The position numbers and the translations under genes are program-made. This document shows positions 1 to 10,630 of a stretch of DNA of 64,000 bases, one piece after another; position 1 is the first letter of the stretch, and the number at the start of each line of letters is the position of its first letter. The notes beneath the pieces were generated by a model that was not told the origin of the DNA, made no database searches, and was given only the letters and a program-made list of their open reading frames with translations. The DNA is from Basidiobolus meristosporus CBS 931.73 (taxonomy: Eukaryota; Fungi; Basidiobolomycota): positions 1 through 64,000 of the forward strand of contig MCFE01000335.1 in the NCBI GenBank assembly GCA_002104905.1, read 5' to 3'.

Positions 1-202
1 ACTAAGAAAAGTAACTGCCCACCCCAATCCTCATGAATAATGGTTAAACACCATAGGTATTGGCGCAGTCATCAGTTCTGTTACTCCAAGGAATATGTGT
101 GGGAAGTTCCCTTATAAATTGGGCCAATATAGCAATACATATCCAATCTTTCGACTCTCGCATTTGGTGCCACCTTTCATGATGCACTTTCTTGGCAGAA
201 AT

Positions 203-402
203 ATGGATGATCAGTTACTCCAGAATCCACGAAACTACTAGGCAATCTTGGTGTATTTATTAAACTGAAAATTGGCATGATGGCGGGGGTAGTTTTGGTG
301 AATGGATGATCAGTTACTCCAGAATCCACGAAACTACTAGGTAATCTTGGTGTATTTATTAAACTGAAAATTGACATGATGGCGGGGGTTGTTTTGGTGA
401 AT
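203..402. repeat. 99-bp direct tandem duplication just downstream of the UNC93-like stop
   Basis: ATGGATGATCAGTTACTCCAGAATCC... begins at 203 and again at 302; only about 3 substitutions between units. Confidence 0.9.
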
Positions 403-404
403 AT

Positions 405-1706
405 TTAGGGTTTGTCCATGTCGATCTTCTCATGGTCCTCCTCAGAGGTATCCCGGACATCTCTGGCAACCAGGTAGGCAAATGGAAGAGAGGCGGTACA
501 TAATACCCAGTTGATGATTAGCTGGGTCAAGAAAGGAGTATTCTTGGCATCAATGTCCCACGCAATGGCTGCGCCGGCAGATTGAAGCCCTTTGTAGTAC
601 CCGGCATAACGGGCAAGAACGTGACTATCGTTGGAGAGCGCCCCCATCAACCAATAAGCATAGGTCTGTAGAACGGCGTCCAATAAACCGTAGAAAAGAT
701 ATAGAACAAACTTGCCTCCCCATCCTGGGCCATTGATGAAATCGATGTCCTTAGGATGGTCTTCGCGGGTGTATTGCAACTGCAGACCAAGACCACCACC
801 CCAGATGATAGTTGTCAGGGCTGCCACCAATGCCAGGCCGTAGAAGGCACGGGTGCGGCGGTGAAGGTTGGGATTATCAAGCAGCAGACCCACTCCATAC
901 GCACCAATCATTTGAGCGCCCCAGTAAAAGGCACTGTTGAATGAACGGGTACGAACGTTAAAAAGAACACCGTTAACCGCACCGAACTGGTAAGAGTAGA
1001 ACCAGTTGGAGGTCACGCACAAGGGAAGTAGCAAAAGCATATTCCTGTTCTTGAACAGCTTCAGAATCTCGATGATTTCGCCACCAACATTCTCATACTT
1101 CGAAACTTGCACACGTGAACCATCCTCACGAACCACCTTCTCAGGAGGAATCAAGCCTAAGCCAAGACAGGCGCCGATGACCATGAGTGCCATCAGCACA
1201 TAGTAAGTGGCGGTACTTACATGGTCAACGGCGGAATGGAAGTTAAGGCCGAAGGGGATGAACGAACCGAGAACGGCGCCCATGTTGAAAATGATCCAAA
1301 AGATTCCGACTGCACGGCCTTTCTGATTTTCGGACGGATACGACATCATGATGGTGCCTTGAGCAGTCCAGAACATGCCGGCACCAATGCCCAGGATTGC
1401 GCTGGCAATAATGACAAAGGCTGGTTTCTTGGTGTCACTGTAGTATACGAGAGAACCGGAGTAAAGGGCGTAGGTAAGACCACCGGTGACCATGGTCCAA
1501 CGTCCGCCAAGGACGTTGTGGATGGCACCGCCGAACACACCGAACACGGAGAAGCAAGCGTACAGAGCCACGTTACCGTTCTTGGTGGTGTTGTCATCCA
1601 TCTGGCCACCAGCGCCCAGACTGTTGATCACGTTGTACATACCCGGACAGCAGAAGCATGCAAAGCCAACCAATATGACCTGCATCATAGGAGAATTGAA
1701 CCTCAT
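405..1706 (-). CDS. UNC93-like MFS membrane transporter; probable start MRFNSP at 1706 (ORF is open to 1934)
   Basis: Many hydrophobic helices; N-terminal QVILVGFACFCCPGMYN and GAGMFWTAQG motifs typical of fungal UNC93-like proteins. Confidence 0.85.
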   Translation of the reverse strand: MRFNSPMMQVILVGFACFCCPGMYNVINSLGAGGQMDDNTTKNGNVALYACFSVFGVFGGAIHNVLGGRWTMVTGGLTYALYSGSLVYYSDTKKPAFVIIASAILGIGAGMFWTAQGTIMMSYPSENQKGRAVGIFWIIFNMGAVLGSFIPFGLNFHSAVDHVSTATYYVLMALMVIGACLGLGLIPPEKVVREDGSRVQVSKYENVGGEIIEILKLFKNRNMLLLLPLCVTSNWFYSYQFGAVNGVLFNVRTRSFNSAFYWGAQMIGAYGVGLLLDNPNLHRRTRAFYGLALVAALTTIIWGGGLGLQLQYTREDHPKDIDFINGPGWGGKFVLYLFYGLLDAVLQTYAYWLMGALSNDSHVLARYAGYYKGLQSAGAAIAWDIDAKNTPFLTQLIINWVLCTASLPFAYLVARDVRDTSEEDHEKIDMDKP

Positions 1707-1764
1707 TGTAGTGGGAAGTTTAGAACTGGTGAACGGTGGTTTGCGTGGAGATGTATTTATACTC

Positions 1765-1840
1765 GATCCCTCGACAAGCACCCTCGGGATTGTGACCAGA
1801 TGGATCCTTTGGCAAGCACACTCGGAATTGTGACCAGATG
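1765..1840. repeat. Two imperfect 38-bp tandem units upstream of the probable UNC93-like start
   Basis: GATCCCTCGACAAGCACCCTCGGGATTGTGACCAGATG followed by GATCCTTTGGCAAGCACACTCGGAATTGTGACCAGATG. Confidence 0.85.
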
Positions 1841-3352
1841 GCAAAATCTCCATGTACCATGAGTGTATTTCAAATTTAGCCTTATTGGCACTCTGTGGGA
1901 TTCCACCAACCTGCCTGTGAGCTGAGTCTCCCATTCAGGAAGGCTTGGTTGTATTGTTTGCGCAACCGAGAGGTATACAAGTGATGGAGACACTCCATGA
2001 TTTGCCGGATTTCCTGACGCAGAAGTTGGGACAAACTGGTTGCGTTCAGTGAATCTGCCCTACGCCATAGGTCATAGGGTGGAGTTGGGCAGGTTCTTGG
2101 TGGAATACCAGTTTGCCAGACATATTGATTAGATGCCCTCGCGTGAAATTATTCATGGTGAGAACCTATGCGAGGCTTCGAGGCCACTCCACAGCAATGA
2201 TTATTCTGGTTCAAGCCAAACGCACAATCACCGACTGTACAGCTCTCATTAACACATCCAAGGAGTCAATCCTCTTTTCCTACTATACGCCACCCTCCTC
2301 CTTGCATCTAAGCGAGTCCCAGCTAGGCTTGCTGTGAGCAAAGGTGGAAAATCCATGGTAGTAGTCATATTAAGTAATGTAAATCGAATCTAGATGGTCG
2401 TGTGATGGCTCGGAATCACAACCGCCCATTGGCTTATCGACTCTGGCAATCTTGAGTTTCCCACCTTCGCTCAAAAGTCGTCTCCAAACCAACCAGCAAT
2501 TGTTACCTTGAGGCATCATAGGAGAAAGGGCGATCGGTGGAGATGATCAGCAACTCTGGCTTCAGGTAGGCCTTGAGAACCGCATCACTCTAGCCTGCAC
2601 ACTGAGTGGTCGTGTAGTTGGGACGATAAGTACTACAATGAACGCATGTATTAATTACTAATTCCCTCGACCATGACACTAGGGGTAGTACATCTCCGCC
2701 GATTCAAAAGGTTGGCTTCGTGGTACAGTGAGCATTATTACAAGTATAGCGCCCATTACAAGGGTTTGGGACGAGTAGTCTCAGTCAGCAAATTCAGTTA
2801 TATTGGATACCAGACGCACGCCTAACAACCATTAAACTTTGCTGCCGGACGCCACATCCCAGGGCGATAAGCATATGCAGGCTGGACTACTTCACAGACC
2901 TCTGGGGTATTGCTGCAGACAATATACCGTGACTCGCAGGTGATGCTCATTTAGCTCAGATTCCCCAAGCGTGTTTTATGTTCGTGTTACACTCTGGCGT
3001 GTCGAGGCAATATTCTCAGGGGAGGTTGTTACCTCTGTTCTCAGCAAACATTGATTGGTCGACCGAAGTATTAGGGATCGTAGATGGAAAGGCACGTGTT
3101 AGCCACCACCCTCTTGCATCCAATCTTTGACCAGCTCACTTAATTAACTCGGCCCCATTGGACGCAAGCGTCAGAAATAGTGCTTTATATGCATGGATAA
3201 TAGGGAATCGTAGTCAACATAATCATCCCACGAAGTTCGGTCAAAAAGCTGAGATGATTCAAGGCGGGGATTGTATGGGATTGTATGGGATTATATTTAC
3301 AGTGGTATAAATAAATAGTAGCAACGGGCAGGGGTATCTAATTAGGGAGATT

Positions 3353-4810
3353 TTAGCTTGTGGAGGAGATGTCCGATTCCCGCACCTCGTCCAGCGTATC
3401 CGTGGTCACGTTCGAGCCGACTCGCGCAAGAAAGAGGCGGAACTTCAGGCGCAGGCAGTCTAGATAGATTCTTTGTAATGAGCCCTTCACAATGCCAGCA
3501 TGCAGTAGCCGGAGGTACGAGTAAAATTCGCATATCGTATACAGTCGATCCCGGCAGAATGGACAGATCTCCTTCGCTTCCGAATCGTTGTCTTCGTAGA
3601 AAAATCTATAGAACAACGGGGTCTGTATGATCTGTAAACAGAGCGTGCACCCGCTCTGGGGCTTCTTGGCAGGTGGAGTTTCGGAAGACCCGCGTTGCCG
3701 TCTCGATGATAAGGGTTCCTCCCTGGATGGAGGCGGTGAGTTTGCGTTGTTGGAACCAGCCGCGAACATTCATGGACTCGAACTTCATGGAGGCGTCTAT
3801 ATCTTCCGCTATACAGCGCTTGACAAATTTCGAGGTGAGCAGGTTCTTGGGGGTCTTGGGGGATTCGAAATACTCCTTGAACTCGGCAAAGCGGTAGTCG
3901 CACAGATGGAACGTAAGTACGTGCCCAGTGGAGGCTGTTCCCTCGGCATCAGAGCTATAGCAGCTGTCATACAGGGATTCCTGACGTGAAAGTACTGATG
4001 CCCGGTTGACTGGCTCGTTGGTGCACTTGGCGTCGTCCCTTTCCTTCTCCTTTTCCAATTTGGCTCGTTCGCTTGCCCATTGTGTCTTCTCTTTCTCCAG
4101 CTCCTCCACCCGTAGCTTCAACTCGTCGAGCTGCTCCTTTTGAAAAGTCATCAGGTCCACAAGCTCTGCGTTCTGCTTCTCCAGCGTCTCGTTCCGATTC
4201 TCGATCTTCGCGTAGAGTTGCTTTTGCTCGACGACCATCTTGTTGGCTTCTTCAAAGAGCTTGGTCGAGAGGTCCTCGAGCTCATGTTCGATCTGACATT
4301 TTTCCAGTTCTATCTCTCCCCTCATCTCGGCTTCAGCCAACAGCTTCTCATTCAAGCGCAGCATGTCCCTTTCCAGCTGCGAGTTTCTCTTTTGCATGTT
4401 GAGTTTCGATAGAATCTTCTCGTGCTCCTCCTGTAGCGACAAAAGATCGATTCGAAGCTGATCATTGGCCACCAGCGATTCCTGGTATTTGATTTTCAAC
4501 GAGGTGAATTCCTCCTGGGCCTGGTGCTGCTCGGTTTGAAGCTGGAGTTGCCGTTTCTGCACTTCCTCGTTTTGCTGAGTGAGCAATTTTTCCAAGCGCA
4601 GCACCTGCTTCGAGGTTGTCTCCAGCTTCGTCACCAGTTCACCCTTTCTTCGTTGTCAAGGTCTTTGCTAACTGTGGGTTCTTTCTCTTCATGGAGCTCG
4701 CTGTGAACCAGATACGGGGTACTCGGAATAGAATTGGAGGTGGGTGAAGGCAATTGAGATGGAGTTTCATGGAAGGGAGTTCCACAATTCCAACACTTGA
4801 GTGTTGACAT
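3353..4810 (-). CDS. SEC2: Sec2-family Rab GDP/GTP exchange factor, split over three frames (frameshifts near 4640 and 3690)
   Basis: Long coiled coil with IEHELEDLSTKLFEEANKMV Sec2 motif; C-terminal CTLC...CPFCRDRLYTICEFYSYLR domain lies in the next frame; N-terminus MSTLKCWNCG starts at 4810. Confidence 0.8.
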
Positions 4811-5794
4811 TTTAACCGTTCGTGTGAGGAGTTTATTAAAATAAACAACAAGACGAAGATGGATGTGCCAGGGGTGAAAGGGTCTTTACTGCTACCGCTA
4901 TCACTACTACTACTATCAAAGTAACGGAGTAAGAAACTAGGCTGAATGGGGAAATGGGGGAAGAAATTATGCCTGGGAAACAGTAGAGTGGTGGTCAAGA
5001 GGAAGAAGAGGAGTTGGAAGTGGGATAGCGAGAAAAAGGCGAACAAAAGGAGGTGCGGGTCGAAGGGTTAAAAAAACTTTAACGATGAAGATAATTAATA
5101 GAGTATCTGTATTACATTTCGGGTGAGCAATCATGCATGTGAATAACATGGCTCAGTACAGGCTGCTGGGGAGCCGGGATACACCGAGTGAATAAGGAAA
5201 GGGACAGTGACGCAATGTGAAGTATCAATTAATATGAAACCGTTTGAGCCCTAATAATTGAACTGATCGTTAGTGGCAGTGGATTGCCTTCCTTGAAACA
5301 TCACCCTCATTCCCGAAACATCTGTGAAACATACAGAGGCCTGGCTAGCTATCCACTCAGCACGAGAATGGCTGGAACCAAATCCGGACTAAACCTGAGT
5401 GGCGGTCGTTGCCAGTAACCATATATAAGCGATTTCCATTGTTGAAATCGGTCGCGTAGCACAGATGATCAGAGAGACGTACTTCAGCATGCACCAACTT
5501 AACTTTGTTCTTAAACAAGTTGTTAATACGAGTACAGTGGGACTAGGCGAGATTTGAAACTTCTGATCTCCAGCTACAACATTTACTTCAGATACTGGCT
5601 CATTCATCGTAACGATCTCCTATTGCCAATTGTCTGGACGTTGCTACATTGATGTAATTCGGGTCAATCTGAATAAAACCAAAGACATTTATTGTGTATT
5701 GTGACAATACAAGAGTTGGGACTGCCTAGCGTTATAACTCACGAGTGCAACTACATGTAGGACTGGGAGTATTTCGACATCGAAGGGTTTTCCC

Positions 5795-5802
5795 TATATA
5801 TA
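5795..5802 (+). promoter_or_regulatory. TATA-like element of chitin deacetylase 1
   Basis: TATATATA about 65 nt upstream of the ATG at 5864. Confidence 0.45.
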
Positions 5803-5863
5803 CTCACCCTGGCCCCATCGGTGAGAACCAGATCTCTTCAAGCTACGAACATCTCCAACAGCA

Positions 5864-6853
5864 ATGTCCTCCATGAATTCGAAGCTCTCTCTGCTTGGCA
5901 TCGCTAGCCTTGCACTGACCAGCTCGTTCATTTCTTCCATCCAGGCCTACGCAGTCTCCAGCCCGGTACGCTATTTGGACCAATCGTGTGGTAGTGTGAA
6001 TGGCACTTGTGCTGCCGGACTCTGCTGTAGTCAATACGGAGTGTGTGGATACACCTCGGATCACTGCGGCGCCAACTGCCAGTCCGCATACGGCGCTTGC
6101 GATGATGGAACTGTCGCCAACGTATATACTGGCTGTACGGTTCCGGGCAACTTCGCAGTTACCTTTGACGATGGGCCAAGCGTGCTCACCTCCGGATTGC
6201 TTGACTACCTAGACTCAAAAAAGGTGAAGGCAACATTCTTCATGAACGGGCTTAACTGGAAGAACGACGATACCGGCAATGCAGTTCTCAGCATCTACGA
6301 TCTGGCGAGTGTGGTGAATCGGGCCTACCAGACAGGCCATCAGGTATGTTCCCATACGTGGAGCCACGTTGATTTGGTGAGGGTGAATAGCTACAACATC
6401 ACCTACGAGATGTCTCGCCTCAACCGAGCATTTGCCACCATCCTCAACAAGGTCCCCACCTGCATGAGACCACCCTACGGAAGCACCGACAATTCCTCAC
6501 TTGCGGTGCTCCAACGTATGGGCTACACCGTGACCACCTGGAATGTTGACCCGGTCGACTGGAATCCTGCCAACTCCATCGACCAGATGTATGCCAACTA
6601 TCTGAATCAAACCGGCGCTGCCGATCCCCAGGTCGGCAAGTTTATTTCTCTGGATCATGACGTTTGGAATACCACGGCGGATTTTAGGCCGGTCAACTAT
6701 CCGAAGACTATCCCCTTGGCTCAGCGGATCATCGAGTATCTCCAAGGTCTAAAGTGGAACCTTGTGCCTCTCTCCCAGTGCCTTGGAAGCAGCTCCCCTT
6801 TTTATCGCGACCCTACCCCATCCGACCAGGTTTGTGGGCCCAGTGGGTGCTAA
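5864..6853 (+). CDS. Secreted chitin deacetylase (signal peptide + CBM18/hevein + CE4 NodB domain), copy 1
   Basis: CCSQYGVCG hevein motif; CE4 motifs TFDDGP, HTWSH, RPPYG, DPVDW, LDHD all intact. Confidence 0.9.
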   Translation: MSSMNSKLSLLGIASLALTSSFISSIQAYAVSSPVRYLDQSCGSVNGTCAAGLCCSQYGVCGYTSDHCGANCQSAYGACDDGTVANVYTGCTVPGNFAVTFDDGPSVLTSGLLDYLDSKKVKATFFMNGLNWKNDDTGNAVLSIYDLASVVNRAYQTGHQVCSHTWSHVDLVRVNSYNITYEMSRLNRAFATILNKVPTCMRPPYGSTDNSSLAVLQRMGYTVTTWNVDPVDWNPANSIDQMYANYLNQTGAADPQVGKFISLDHDVWNTTADFRPVNYPKTIPLAQRIIEYLQGLKWNLVPLSQCLGSSSPFYRDPTPSDQVCGPSGC

Positions 6854-6911
6854 GCAGCAGCATCATCATCATCATCTCAACAATAAATTTTCATTCGGCA
6901 TTGAGAACATT

Positions 6912-7007
6912 TGGTATCATCCATCACAGTACCTCTGGTAACATTCGTCACAGTACCGCTGGTATCATTCAGGATAGGGCAGATGGCATCACGAGGCATT
7001 CATCGAC
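6912..7007. repeat. Four imperfect 24-bp tandem units between the two deacetylases
   Basis: TGG(T/C)A-starting units at 6912, 6936, 6960, 6984; first two share TCACAGTACC. Confidence 0.6.
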
Positions 7008-7240
7008 GATGATTTGCAGCATCAATACATAGGAACGGTGTCGTATAATAGGGTTGGGCCTTAGGGTTAAATAGCCTCTAGATTCGCATCTATTCGATCG
7101 AGATGGCAGTAGGCAGTGGTCTCTTTTGTTTCGGGATTAATTCTCCGCTATGTACGCTTCCCAAATACCTTTGATATCTGCGCCCTCGGCGACTTCTAGA
7201 TATCGATGCAATCTTCGATCATTAATAACTTCCTTGTAGA

Positions 7241-7246
7241 TATAAA
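7241..7246 (+). promoter_or_regulatory. TATA box of chitin deacetylase 2
   Basis: TATAAA 45 nt upstream of the ATG at 7286. Confidence 0.45.
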
Positions 7247-7285
7247 TATTCGGTTCCTTCAAGTGTCTTACACTCACATCCAACT

Positions 7286-8338
7286 ATGACGTACTCAAAG
7301 ATCACTCTGCTCTACATCGCTAGTATTGCTCTGGCCACCTCATTTCCACCCACCCAGGCCATCGTCGACATTGATGTCAATATGAACGACCATGACGCAA
7401 ATGGAGTAGAGCCTTCGGCGGATTCAACCGGCGTGGCTAGTGGCACCCTGCGCTATTTGGATCAGACATGTGGCAATGGGATTGGCAGTTGTGCATCCGG
7501 GTTATGCTGCAGTCAGTATGGTTATTGTGGATACACATCTGATCACTGTGACGCCAACTGTCAGTCAGCGTATGGCTCGTGTGATGATGGAACAGTGGCC
7601 AACGTCTACACGGGCTGTACCAAACCAGGGACATTCGCCATCACCTTCGACGATGGGCCTAGTGTGCTCACGACCGGATTGCTCGACTATTTAGGGACGA
7701 AAAACGTGCAGGCGACGTTCTTCATGAACGGGCTGAACTGGAAAAACTACGACACCGGAAATCCTATCCTTAGCATTTATGAACTTGCAAGCGTTGTTCA
7801 ACGCGCTTACAAACTAGGTCATCAGATCTGCTCCCATACATGGGGCCATGTCGATCTGATCACTGTGAATAGTTACAACATCACCTATGAGATGTCTCGT
7901 CTCAATCACGCGTTTGCCACCATCCTCAACAAGGTCCCCACCTGTATGCGACCACCATACGGAAACACCGACACTCCTTCTCTGGCCGTCCTCAAGCGTA
8001 TGGGTTACACCGTGACCACCTGGAATGTTGACCCGGTCGACTGGAACCCGGTCAACACGATTGACCAAATGCTTGCCGGTTATGTTAATCAGACTGAGGC
8101 GACCAGCCCCTATGACGGCCAATTCATCGCTCTGAACCACGATGTCTGGAATACAACCGCCGATTTTAGGCCCATCCACTACCCCAAGACCATACCCTTG
8201 GCTCAGCGTGCGATCGAGTATCTTCTCAGCCGTAGATGGCGCCTCGTGTCTCTCCCCGAGTGTCTTGGTAGCAACGCTCCGTTTTATCGGGACCCCACCC
8301 CGTCGGACCAGGTGTGTGGATTCTCGGGATGCCCATAG
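7286..8338 (+). CDS. Secreted chitin deacetylase (signal peptide + CBM18 + CE4), copy 2
   Basis: Close paralogue of 5864-6853; TFDDGP, HTWGH, RPPYG, DPVDW, LNHD; extra acidic spacer after the signal peptide. Confidence 0.9.
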   Translation: MTYSKITLLYIASIALATSFPPTQAIVDIDVNMNDHDANGVEPSADSTGVASGTLRYLDQTCGNGIGSCASGLCCSQYGYCGYTSDHCDANCQSAYGSCDDGTVANVYTGCTKPGTFAITFDDGPSVLTTGLLDYLGTKNVQATFFMNGLNWKNYDTGNPILSIYELASVVQRAYKLGHQICSHTWGHVDLITVNSYNITYEMSRLNHAFATILNKVPTCMRPPYGNTDTPSLAVLKRMGYTVTTWNVDPVDWNPVNTIDQMLAGYVNQTEATSPYDGQFIALNHDVWNTTADFRPIHYPKTIPLAQRAIEYLLSRRWRLVSLPECLGSNAPFYRDPTPSDQVCGFSGCP

Positions 8339-8687
8339 AGCGTAGACTATGTATAACTCTTATGCAATATACCACTCGAATCACGTATGTTACCCCCTCC
8401 TTACCGATCTATTCTGAACCCCCTTTTTATACCTCGGAAAATCCAATAAACGCGCATTTCTAAGGATTTCGTCGATTTTGGTTTCGACGGGGTTGGTCGA
8501 AACCCGATGATTTCGTGGTGATTCTCGTGGTGACGGATTTCCCAACCCATCATTACTAATGGCCCTGGACTGCATTGATTAGTAATTCCATCGAGTATCG
8601 TCATCTATATCTAGGGATTCGATTCGCCTGAGGTGAATCCTACCTTTGACCAAGCCGTTTATTTAAGTGACCAGCCACCGCTCCAAC

Positions 8688-9425
8688 ATGCAATCCACTT
8701 TAGCCCGACTTGGTCTTCTATCCCGTCACTTGAAATCAGTTATCATGTTCAAACCCAACATCACCGTGTACACCGCCGACACTCCCAACGGCCAGAAGGT
8801 CACCTTGGCCCTTGAGGAGCTAGGTATCCCCTATAATCTGAAGAAGCTCTCTTTCGCCAAGAACGAGCAGAAGGAGGATTGGTTCCTGAAGATCAACCCC
8901 AACGGACGCATTCCGGCCATCGTGGATCACTCCCGCAACGACTTCCCTGTCTTCGAGTCTGGAGCCATTCTTCTATACCTCGTACAGCACTACGATCCTA
9001 ACTATCGTCTGTGGCCGACAGATATCGACCAGCAATCGGAAGTGGTCCAATGGGTGATGTTCCAAATGGGCGGTGTGGGCCCTATGCAAGGACAAGCCAA
9101 CCATTTCTCCCGATTCGCACCCGAGAAGATCCCCTACGGTATCAACAGGTATCAATCGGAAACCAAGCGACTCTACCAGGTGCTGGACGGGAGACTTCAA
9201 GGCCGAGAGTACCTCGTGGGAGATCACCTAACCATCGCCGATATCATCAACTTCCCCTGGGTGCTGTCGCACAACTTCTCCGGCGTGAGCCTCGACGACC
9301 TTCCCAACCTCCAAGCGTGGGTGGAGAGGATCAGAAGTAGGGCCACCATCGAAAAGGCGTTCGGAAGCGAGGCGTTGGAGCGCCTAAGGGTGGTCGACGC
9401 AGAGGCTAAAACTGGCTCGGCTTAG
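8688..9425 (+). CDS. Glutathione S-transferase (Ure2p/YfcG-like class); in-frame ATGs at 8688 and 8745
   Basis: TPNGQKV, INPNGRIPAI, FESGAILLYL, QMGGVGPMQGQANHF and TIADI motifs. Confidence 0.9.
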   Translation: MQSTLARLGLLSRHLKSVIMFKPNITVYTADTPNGQKVTLALEELGIPYNLKKLSFAKNEQKEDWFLKINPNGRIPAIVDHSRNDFPVFESGAILLYLVQHYDPNYRLWPTDIDQQSEVVQWVMFQMGGVGPMQGQANHFSRFAPEKIPYGINRYQSETKRLYQVLDGRLQGREYLVGDHLTIADIINFPWVLSHNFSGVSLDDLPNLQAWVERIRSRATIEKAFGSEALERLRVVDAEAKTGSA

Positions 9426-9546
9426 GCACCGAATGACTTTCGACCTGGGCTGATGTTTTCCCTTGCAACCGTGCTTAGCCCCTAATGAAACTATGATTGT
9501 TAGTCCAAAAAAAAAACGAATAAAATCCGCGATGTGTATGTATAAC

Positions 9547-9566
9547 CGGTTCGGTTCGGTTCGGTT
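9547..9566. repeat. (CGGTT)4 microsatellite
   Basis: Directly visible. Confidence 0.9.
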
Positions 9567-9839
9567 CAGGTCAAGGTGGTGTTGTGCACCTCACGGAAAT
9601 TATCTGCCTTCTACTGGGCACACGTTGTAGTATGCTCTATTGATGTGGCGTTGGCACTCCAGCGGTGGGTAGTGTTTCTCGGAAACGGCTGATCTTGGGC
9701 TCCTCAACCTGGAATTGCCATTCAGAAGCTTTGACATTGGTGGGACTCACCTCCAGCGAGTTGAATCCTATGGTGTGAGTGAGGACACTAGGTAAGACCA
9801 CTAATCAGGTCCGTTTATACAACCATGCCCGAGCCAGGA

Positions 9840-10231
9840 TACCACCCACCTTGGTTCGACTTGATCTTCCAGCGTATTGACTTAGCCGATAAGCCTGACA
9901 TAGACGTATACATTACTGAGATTCCCATCAGTCACACTAGCCCTTGAGAGGTTGAGCGTTCCATATAGAGTGCTTACACTCTTTTCCACCAAAAATGAGG
10001 GGCAGATTTCTGGAAATCAACTCTAATGAACATATCCCAGCCATTCTATAGGCGATATTCCAAATGGCTGGTGTGAGCTTCATGCAAGGTCAAACCAACC
10101 ACTTCCTCCGGCTCGCATCCAAGAAGATCCCTTACGATGTCAATAGGTATCACATGGAAACCACGCAACTCTACCAGGTGCTTGACTGGCGACTCTAAGA
10201 TAGAGAGCACCTCGTGGGTGATCACCTAACC
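9840..10231 (+). pseudogene. Decayed, internally deleted tandem copy of the GST gene
   Basis: GTCACACTAGCCCTTGAG, GAAATCAACTCTAATG, CAACTCTACCAGGTGCT and GATCACCTAACC align to 8700-9235, with stops and deletions. Confidence 0.8.
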
Positions 10232-10630
10232 TAGCTGCTCTGAACAGTTGCTCACAAGGCCGGACGCATCTGATGGGAGCCGACGGCCTCCCCCATAGTT
10301 GTTCTTGACCTCCAACAAAAACATCGAAACTGTGAGTATGCAGTCACAGTGGTGTGGATCAGTCTCCATGGGCAATTGGGTCTAGCCAACCACTGCCCAA
10401 TATATGTAATCTACTCCAAATAGCAACATTATTGGCCTAGATGTCGAAATCACTGACTGGAATGTTTTCATGTGCTACGTTCATTGTATTCTGCCCAGGC
10501 GAAACGTTCGCCGAAAATGATTTGATCTGCACACCCTCCGTTCCACCAGGATCATGGCGGTCTACGTAAATGGCTGATTTATTCCAAACACGGTGATCAT
10601 CCGATCCGTAGAATATGTGAAGTGATTCCG

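Noticed and set aside
756-4706. Plus-strand ORFs overlapping the UNC93-like and SEC2 genes
   Set aside because: Antisense shadows of GC-rich coding sequence with no recognisable motifs.
8667-9425. Ure2 prion protein
   Set aside because: No Asn/Gln-rich N-terminal domain; only the GST fold is present.
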